Assembly: GCA_902761035.1 (NCBI GenBank)
Contig: CACWIW010000003.1
Location: 508 to 64,507 of the forward strand
Length of the DNA: 64,000 nt
Origin: an uncultured bacterium
GTDB lineage: Bacteria > Verrucomicrobiota > Kiritimatiellia > RFP12 > UBA1067
Reading direction: 5' to 3'
Under the pieces are notes generated by a model, which searched no databases, was not told where the DNA came from, and saw only the letters and a list, made by a program, of their open reading frames with translations. Shown piece by piece: positions 18,226 through 23,426 of the stretch (the first letter of the stretch is position 1; each line of letters begins with the position of its first letter). The position numbers were made by a program, and so were the translations under genes.

Positions 18226-19680
18226 TTAGGTGCGCTTCAGCTGCGGGAAGAGAACGACGTCGCGGATGGAATCGGTGCCGGTGAGGAACATCACGAGACG
18301 GTCCACGCCGAAGCCAAGACCGCCCGTCGGGGGCATGCCGCATTCGAGCGCCGAGATGAAGTCCTCGTCGATCTTCTCCGTATCCTCGCCCGCCTGGTTC
18401 TCGAGCGCCTTGCGCTGCTCGAGCGGGTCGTTCTGCTCGGTGTAGCCCGGACACAGCTCGCGACCGGCCACGACGAACTCGAACACGTCCACGAGCGACG
18501 GATCGTCCTTGCACGCCTTGGCGAGCGGGACGAACGCATGCGGGATGCGCGTCACGAACGTGGGCTGCATGAGGTTACGCTCGATGAGCTTGTCGTAGAC
18601 CTCGTGCGTGAGCATGAGTTCCGTGGTGACGCCGTCCAGCTCCAGGTTGGTGTCGGTCTCGCGTCCCTTGGCCTTGGCCTTTTCAAGCTGCGTGGCGAAG
18701 TCGAGGTCGAACCAGTCGTCGCCCATCAGCTCCTTTACGAGATCCTTGTAGGCCACGCGACGGTAGGGCGGGGTGAAGTCGATCACGTCGCCCTTGTCGC
18801 CGTAGGGAACCTTGCGCGTGCCGATCACCGTATCGCAGAGGTGCGGGAGGAGTCCCTCCATGATGTTCTCCATCGACTTGCGGTCGCCGTACGCCTCGTA
18901 GATCTCGCACACGGTGAACTCGGGGTTGTGCGTGCGGTCGATGCCCTCGTTGCGGAAGTCCTTGCCGAGCTCGAACACCTTGTTCATGCCGCCCACGAGA
19001 AGGCGCTTGAGGTAGAGTTCGGGGGCGATGCGCATCACGCAGTCCTTGTCGAGTGCGTTGAAGTGCGAGAAGAACGGCTTGGCGGCGGCGCCGCCGGCCT
19101 GGTCCTGGAGGATGGGCGTTTCCACCTCGACGAAACCACGGTCCCAGAGGTACTTGCGGATCTCCATGATGAGACGGGAACGCGTGAAGAAACGCTCGCG
19201 GCTTTCGTCGTTCGTCATCAGATCGACGTAGCGGCGGCGGTAGCACTCCTCCTGGTCGGCGAGGCCGTGGAACTTCTCCGGCGGCTGCTCAAGCGCCTTC
19301 GCGAGGAGGTCCCAGTCCTTCACGATCACGGACTTCTCGCCCTTCTGCGTGGTGAAGAGCCGGCCCTTGACGCCGATGATGTCGCCGAGGTTGAGCTGCT
19401 TGAAGCCGGTGAAGAGCCGTTCGTCCAGCTCGTCGCGCTTGAAGATGAGCTGGAAACGGTCCGTGCCGTCGTTGAGCGTGCAGAAGTTCATCTTGCCCAT
19501 GCGGCGGATCATCAGCAGACGCCCCGCCACCGTGACCTCCTTGCCCTCCTCGAACTCGGCGCGGACGACCTTCAGATCCGTGTGCGGGAATGCGTGGCCA
19601 TACGGGGTAAAGCCCAACTCCGCGAGAGCCTTCAGCGATGCCAACCGGTTCTCGCGGTATTCATTCGTCTCTTGTGCCAT
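18226..19680 (-). CDS. lysS: lysine--tRNA ligase (class II)
   Basis: The start MAQETNEYRENRLASL is the internal ATG at 19680; the longer ORF reads through the rubredoxin gene in another frame. The OB-fold region, FRNEGIDRTHNPEFT and GGLGFGVDRLVMF are present. Confidence 0.95.
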   Translation of the reverse strand: MAQETNEYRENRLASLKALAELGFTPYGHAFPHTDLKVVRAEFEEGKEVTVAGRLLMIRRMGKMNFCTLNDGTDRFQLIFKRDELDERLFTGFKQLNLGDIIGVKGRLFTTQKGEKSVIVKDWDLLAKALEQPPEKFHGLADQEECYRRRYVDLMTNDESRERFFTRSRLIMEIRKYLWDRGFVEVETPILQDQAGGAAAKPFFSHFNALDKDCVMRIAPELYLKRLLVGGMNKVFELGKDFRNEGIDRTHNPEFTVCEIYEAYGDRKSMENIMEGLLPHLCDTVIGTRKVPYGDKGDVIDFTPPYRRVAYKDLVKELMGDDWFDLDFATQLEKAKAKGRETDTNLELDGVTTELMLTHEVYDKLIERNLMQPTFVTRIPHAFVPLAKACKDDPSLVDVFEFVVAGRELCPGYTEQNDPLEQRKALENQAGEDTEKIDEDFISALECGMPPTGGLGFGVDRLVMFLTGTDSIRDVVLFPQLKRT

Positions 19681-19687
19681 GATGGTC

Positions 19688-19825
19688 TTACGCCTCTTCG
19701 AACTGGTCCTTGCCCACGCCGCAGACGGGGCACGCCCAGTCGTCCGGCAGGTCCTCGAACGCGACGCCGTTGTTCTCTGCGGGATCATACACGTGACCGC
19801 AGACCTTGCACACATACTTCTTCAT
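19688..19825 (-). CDS. rub: rubredoxin (45 aa, short-loop type)
   Basis: The sequence is [15 protein letters not shown]...[18 protein letters not shown], with both CxxCG knuckles. AGGAG lies upstream. The gene ends 8 nt before lysS. Confidence 0.85.
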   Translation of the reverse strand: MKKYVCKVCGHVYDPAENNGVAFEDLPDDWACPVCGVGKDQFEEA

Positions 19826-19874
19826 GGACTTCTCCTTCTGTTTTTCCAGGGGACAAGCCCCCCGGACGGCGCAT

Positions 19875-19903
19875 ATTATACGCGATTCAGGGTCGTAGTT
19901 CAA
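19875..19903 (-). promoter_or_regulatory. sigma70-like promoter on the minus strand: TTGAAC (19903-19898), 17-bp spacer, TATAAT (19880-19875)
   Basis: The reverse complement reads TTGAACtacgaccctgaatcgcgTATAAT. This lies about 50 nt upstream of the rubredoxin start. Confidence 0.5.
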
Positions 19904-19914
19904 TCCCGAAATGG

Positions 19915-19969
19915 TTGAAAGTCTCACGCAGAGGCGCAGAGAGGCAGAGAGCGCAGAGAAAGTCCTTAT
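19915..19969. repeat. 55-bp CAGAG-rich repeat, copy 1 (exact second copy at 20259-20313; diverged copy at 17133-17172)
   Basis: TTGAAAGTCTCACGCAGAGGCGCAGAGAGGCAGAGAGCGCAGAGAAAGTCCTTAT is identical at both positions. Confidence 0.9.
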
Positions 19970-20007
19970 CCTAAAAATCGCAGTTGAACAAACGTCCTTC
20001 TTGTTTC

Positions 20008-20179
20008 TTAGCCGCAAAGAACACAAAGAAAGGATGTTTTTATTGATTATAATTGCCGTTCTTTCTGTACGGCAATTCACCCAATTGGTGAAAGCTAAAA
20101 ACAGAAGACATGTCTGGATAATTCGCAATAAATTACACATTGCAATGTACTTTGCGACCTTTGCGTTCTTTGCGGCTAA
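20008..20179. repeat. MITE-like 172-bp AT-richer element bounded by a 15-bp perfect inverted repeat
   Basis: TTAGCCGCAAAGAAC (20008-20022) pairs with GTTCTTTGCGGCTAA (20165-20179). Inside are the hairpin AATTGCCG-11 nt-CGGCAATT (20051-20077), the palindrome TTCACCCAATTGGTGAA (20076-20092, also at 17201-17219) and the 12-bp palindrome ACATTGCAATGT (20137-20148). No target-site duplication is visible. Confidence 0.5.
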
Positions 20180-20190
20180 AATACTATAAT
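20161..20190 (+). promoter_or_regulatory. promoter-like TTGCGT (20161-20166), 18-bp spacer, TATAAT (20185-20190)
   Basis: Read directly from the sequence. It points into the repeat cluster at 20213-20410, about 310 nt upstream of rpoZ. Confidence 0.3.
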
Positions 20191-20212
20191 CCAACTGCGA
20201 CGTTTAGGCTTG

Positions 20213-20410
20213 TTGCTTTCGCTGTTGGGAGTTTCGGAGTCTAGGAGGATGGAGGTAATTGAAAGTCTCACGCAGAGGCGCAGAGAGGCAGAGAGCGCAG
20301 AGAAAGTCCTTATTGCTTTCGCTGTTGGGAGTTTCGGAGTCTAGGAGGATGGGATTTGTAAAATATTCTCCTTAACTCCGAGACTCCCAATCTCCCAATA
20401 GCGAAAGCAA
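20213..20410. repeat. 100-bp tandem duplication (40-mer TTGCTTTCGCTGTTGGGAGTTTCGGAGTCTAGGAGGATGG + 55-mer) ending in a long hairpin
   Basis: The 40-mer occurs at 20213-20252 and again at 20313-20352. The 55-mer occurs at 20259-20313. The inverted arm ACTCCGAGACTCCCAA...TAGCGAAAGCAA at 20375-20410 pairs with 20313-20340. Confidence 0.85.
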
Positions 20411-20442
20411 TCAAAGTTATCCAAAAAAACGCACACACCCCC

Positions 20443-20471
20443 TTGCGTTTTCGCGGGGAAAAGGCTATACT
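20443..20471 (+). promoter_or_regulatory. promoter-like TTGCGT (20443-20448), 17-bp spacer, TATACT (20466-20471)
   Basis: Read directly from the sequence, 30 nt upstream of the rpoZ start. Confidence 0.4.
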
Positions 20472-20500
20472 ACTCCTTTCCCTTGAACAGCGGAGGAAAA

Positions 20501-20776
20501 ATGAACGTAGAATTTTTGAAAAAAGCGCACGAGCGCATCCCGTCGGTGCCGGTTCTCGTGAACCTCATCTCGAAGCGCGAGAAGCAGCTCATTGCGGGCG
20601 AAAAGCCGCTTGTGATGCCGCTCTCGTCTGAAGAGGACAAGGTGGACACCGCGCTGCGCGAGGTCGCCGAGGGCAAGCTCATCTCCGAAATCGACTTCGA
20701 CGCGATCGCGCGCGCCGAGGACGCGAAGACGCGCCACTCGAAGCATGCGGCGCTGAAGTCCATCTTCGCCGACTGA
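20501..20776 (+). CDS. rpoZ: DNA-directed RNA polymerase subunit omega
   Basis: GGAGGA lies 5 nt before the ATG at 20501. The sequence IPSVPVLVNLISKREKQLIAGEKP ... DTALREVAEGKL resembles the RpoZ helix pattern (xLVxxAxKRAxQL ... ALxEIAxGKI). Confidence 0.7.
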   Translation: MNVEFLKKAHERIPSVPVLVNLISKREKQLIAGEKPLVMPLSSEEDKVDTALREVAEGKLISEIDFDAIARAEDAKTRHSKHAALKSIFAD

Positions 20777-21243
20777 TGGCCGACAAGAAAAAGAAGAAGG
20801 TCCCCACTGGTGACTTGACCGTCAACCGCAGGGCCTGGCACGACTATGCCGTTCTCGACAAGATCGAGTGCGGCATCGTGCTTTCCGGCACCGAGGTGAA
20901 GGTGGTGCGCAACGGAGAGGCCTCTCTTTCCGGCTCGTATGGCGCGGTGTTGGGCGGCGAGCTGTACGTGGTGCAGATGAACATCCCCGTATACGCGTTC
21001 GGCAACCGCTTCAACCACCGTCCGCAGCAGAACCGCAAGTTGCTCGTCCACAAGAAGCAAGTGGAGGAGCTGCGCCTCAAGACCGAGGCCAAGGGCCTCA
21101 CGCTCATCCCGCTGCGCCTCTACCTCAAGAACGGACGCATCAAGCTTGAAATGGGCGTGTGCCGCGGCAAGGCCCTGCACGACAAGCGCGATACGCTGAA
21201 GAAAAAGGCGCTGAAGCGCGACATGGAACGCGGCGATGTCTAG
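20776..21243 (+). CDS. smpB: SsrA-binding protein
   Basis: It contains NRRAWHDYAVLDKIECGIVLSGTEVKVVR ... RKLLVHKKQVEEL ... KGLTLIPLRLYLKNGRIKLEMG, and it is 155 aa. Confidence 0.95.
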   Translation: MADKKKKKVPTGDLTVNRRAWHDYAVLDKIECGIVLSGTEVKVVRNGEASLSGSYGAVLGGELYVVQMNIPVYAFGNRFNHRPQQNRKLLVHKKQVEELRLKTEAKGLTLIPLRLYLKNGRIKLEMGVCRGKALHDKRDTLKKKALKRDMERGDV

Positions 21244-23041
21244 CGTGCTTATCCGTGGTGGCTTGGTAATCGACGGCACGGGGCGTGCCGCCTTCCCCGC
21301 CGACGTGCTGGTGGAGGGTGACCGCATCGCCGACGTTATCGAGCGCGATGAATCGGGGAGGGCCGCGCTCCGTCGCGGCCACGCTGATTCCGAAATCGAC
21401 GTCTCCGGCTGCCTCGTCACTCCTGGCTTCATCGACTCCCATGCCCACAGCGACGCCTACCTGCTCATCGAACCAGACGCCCCCTCCAAACTTTCGCAGG
21501 GAATCACCACCGAAATCAACGGACAGTGCGGCGGAAGCGTGGCACCCCGCTACGGCGCGGCGCGGCTTTCAAGCGACTGGGCGTCAATGACTTATCCTGG
21601 CGGCGACGGCATGCCAGGTCCTACGTGGCGGTCGATGTCCGAGTACCGCGCCCTGCTCGACCAGGTGCGCCCCGCCATCAACACCGTCCAGTTCGTGGGT
21701 CACAACACGTTGCGCAGTTCCGTTATCGGCTATGACGCCGTGCGTGCCACGCCCGAGACGTTGCGCGCGATGGAGGATTTGCTCTCGCGCGAACTCGACG
21801 ACGGCGGGTGGGGTCTCACGACGGGTCTCATCTACCAGCCCGGCAAGTACTCCGACGCGGCCGAGGTGACGGCGCTCGCTCGCGTGGCGGCGGCGCGCGG
21901 CGGGTACTATGCCACGCACATGCGCTCCGAGGGCGACGCCATCATCGAGGCGATTGACGAAGTGCTCGACCTCGTGCGCGCCACGGGCATCCGCGCGGAA
22001 ATCTCGCACCTCAAGACGAGCGGCAAGCGCAATTGGGGCAAGATCGACGCCGTGCTGGAGAAGATCCAGCGCGCCGTCGACGCGGGCGAGCTGCTCGGCA
22101 GCGACCGCTATCCGTACTGCGCGGCGGGCACGGACCTTGACGTTGTCTTTCCCGACTGGGCGGGCGAAGGGGGCGTGGTGGCTGAAATCAAGCGCCTCGC
22201 AGATCCCGCAACCCGCACTCGAATCGCCGCCGAGATCGACGCGCAGGACCGCGACTGGTCCACGGTGATGATCGGGGGTACGTGGAGCGAAGCGACGCGC
22301 GCATGCAGTGGGAAAAGTATTGAGGAAATAGTAAGGTCGGGGTGGCGGGCCCCTTCGGGGTGGCGGGCCTCCGTGCCCGCAGCTGGGTGGCAGGCCTCTT
22401 CGGGGTGGCGGGCCTCCGTGCCCGCAGCTGGGTGGCAGGCCTCGAGGCCTGCCACGGATTTGCGGGCGCAGAGGCCCGCCACCCCGACTGGGCCCGCCAC
22501 CCCGAATTTGCCCGCCACCCCGAAAGATACCACTCCAGGCACTCTCATTTGCGATATCTTGAGCGCGGACGCTTGCCGCACGGGGGCGTTCTTCTTCGGC
22601 ATGAGCGAAGAGAACCTCCAGAAAATCCTTTCGCGGCCGTGGATCGTGCCTGGGAGCGACGCCTCGCTGCGCGCGCCGTGGGGTCCGCTCGGCGCGGACC
22701 ATCCCCACCCGCGCGCGTATGGCACGATGCCGCGTTTCTTCAGAATGCTCACGGGCCGCGTGGAAGGGCACGCGCGCATCTGTTCGCGTGAAGAGGCAAT
22801 CAGGCGCATGACCTCCGTGCCGGCGGAGCGCTTCGGCATCCGCGACCGCGGAGTGATCCGTGCGGGAGCGTATGCTGATATTACGGTGTGGAACGAGGAT
22901 ACGTTCCGCGAGACGGCAACCTATACGTCACCGCATTCGTTCTGCGAGGGTGTTGAGGCCGTGCTGGTCAACGGCTCGGTTTCATATCGCGCCGGCAAGT
23001 TCACGGGCAATCGCTCCGGCCGTTTCCTTGAGAGGTTTTAA
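21236..23041 (+). CDS. D-aminoacylase / N-acyl-D-amino-acid deacylase family amidohydrolase carrying in-frame repeat insertions
   Basis: It contains LIRGGLVIDGTG...DVLVEGDRIADV and the metal site PGFIDSHAHSD, then YATHMRSEG, EISHLKTSG, SDRYPY, and FGMSEENLQKIL...PGSDAS. Confidence 0.82.
   Translation: MSSVLIRGGLVIDGTGRAAFPADVLVEGDRIADVIERDESGRAALRRGHADSEIDVSGCLVTPGFIDSHAHSDAYLLIEPDAPSKLSQGITTEINGQCGGSVAPRYGAARLSSDWASMTYPGGDGMPGPTWRSMSEYRALLDQVRPAINTVQFVGHNTLRSSVIGYDAVRATPETLRAMEDLLSRELDDGGWGLTTGLIYQPGKYSDAAEVTALARVAAARGGYYATHMRSEGDAIIEAIDEVLDLVRATGIRAEISHLKTSGKRNWGKIDAVLEKIQRAVDAGELLGSDRYPYCAAGTDLDVVFPDWAGEGGVVAEIKRLADPATRTRIAAEIDAQDRDWSTVMIGGTWSEATRACSGKSIEEIVRSGWRAPSGWRASVPAAGWQASSGWRASVPAAGWQASRPATDLRAQRPATPTGPATPNLPATPKDTTPGTLICDILSADACRTGAFFFGMSEENLQKILSRPWIVPGSDASLRAPWGPLGADHPHPRAYGTMPRFFRMLTGRVEGHARICSREEAIRRMTSVPAERFGIRDRGVIRAGAYADITVWNEDTFRETATYTSPHSFCEGVEAVLVNGSVSYRAGKFTGNRSGRFLERF
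21356..21380. repeat. 25-nt GC hairpin repeat GGGAGGGCCGCGCTCCGTCGCGGCC (copy inside the CDS)
   Basis: It is identical to 62449-62473. The stem is GGCCGCG / CGCGGCC with a 6-nt loop. Here it encodes GRAALRRG. Confidence 0.9.
22337..22523. repeat. about 187-bp GC-rich palindromic element lying in frame within the D-aminoacylase gene
   Basis: There are three GGGGTGGCGGGC copies on the left (22339-22350, 22357-22368, 22402-22413) and three inverted GCCCGCCACCCC copies on the right (22474-22485, 22492-22503, 22511-22522). The central perfect palindrome GGCAGGCCTCGAGGCCTGCC lies at 22434-22453. An exact 45-bp tandem duplication lies at 22353-22397 and 22398-22442. Confidence 0.85.
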
Positions 23042-23133
23042 TTGTCCATGTAGGCTCGATTGTCCATGTAGAACATGTAAAACATATAAATCATTTGCAT
23101 GTTTTTCTGTTCTACCTGTTCTACATGGACAAT
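23041..23133. repeat. palindromic element ATTGTCCATGTAG(AAC)
   Basis: Direct copies lie at 23041-23053 and 23059-23074. The exact 16-bp inverted copy GTTCTACATGGACAAT lies at 23118-23133. CTGTTCTAC-type direct repeats lie in the loop. Confidence 0.8.
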
Positions 23134-23169
23134 CCTCCATCTCCTTTTCTACCTGTTGGCGTTGGTTCG

Positions 23170-23271
23170 TTGCTTTCGCTATTGGGAGTTTCGAAGTCTT
23201 GGAGCTATTGAGACTTTTTCGAGTTTTTCTCCAAGCCTCCCAATTTCCTAATCTCCTAATAGCGAAAGCAA
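23170..23271. repeat. second full copy of the TTGCTTTCGC...GGGAG hairpin element family
   Basis: TTGCTTTCGCTATTGGGAGTTTCGAAGTCTTGGAG (23170-23204) pairs with CTCCAAGCCTCCCAAT...TAGCGAAAGCAA (23229-23271). This is the same family as 20313-20410. Confidence 0.8.
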
Positions 23272-23329
23272 GAAAGGTTTGGCAAGTGCGGGCGGTTGGC
23301 TGAAAGCAAAAAGATTTTGATTTTTTCAT

Positions 23330-23388
23330 TTGCATTCGCGCCGATTCCGTGTATAATTGCACTTGTTTCTTAGGGAAAGTGTACACTT
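23330..23388 (+). promoter_or_regulatory. possible promoter (TTGCAT 23330-23335, 16-bp spacer, TG-TATAAT 23350-23357) followed by the 12-bp perfect palindrome AAGTGTACACTT (23377-23388)
   Basis: Read directly from the sequence. This is the last non-repeat segment before the C10 peptidase start at 23427. The -35 element is weak. Confidence 0.3.
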
Positions 23389-23426
23389 CCCCTGTAGGAT
23401 TTTGTCTGAATAGGACGGTGAGCCTT

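Noticed and set aside
19688-19825. The 45-aa rubredoxin was considered as a truncated gene or pseudogene.
   Set aside because: Both CxxCG knuckles and the aromatic core are intact. The shortening is a ~7-residue loop deletion of the kind known from the 45-residue Desulfovibrio desulfuricans rubredoxin.
19911-20189. A 92-aa plus-strand ORF and the N-terminal 120 aa of the 168-aa minus-strand ORF lie across the repeat region.
   Set aside because: Both are made entirely of repeat-family sequence and the MITE-like element. Only the last 45 codons of the minus ORF (the rubredoxin) look like protein.
20213-20352. The repeat-spacer-repeat look of the 40-mer copies suggested a CRISPR array.
   Set aside because: There are only two copies. 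The apparent spacer is itself the 55-mer repeat found elsewhere. The unit is a plain 100-bp tandem duplication, and there are no cas genes in the window.
19826-20500. I looked for a tmRNA (ssrA) or tRNA in the 675-bp non-coding stretch upstream of rpoZ-smpB.
   Set aside because: There is no GGGG...acceptor start, no T-arm GGTTCGA-type box, no ...CCA end and no tag-peptide frame. The region is accounted for by repeat families.
22342-22791. A 149-aa plus-strand ORF and a 395-aa minus-strand ORF overlap the palindromic insert in the aminoacylase gene.
   Set aside because: They are alternative frames of the same GC-rich palindrome. The aminoacylase frame is continuous, and family motifs resume immediately downstream.
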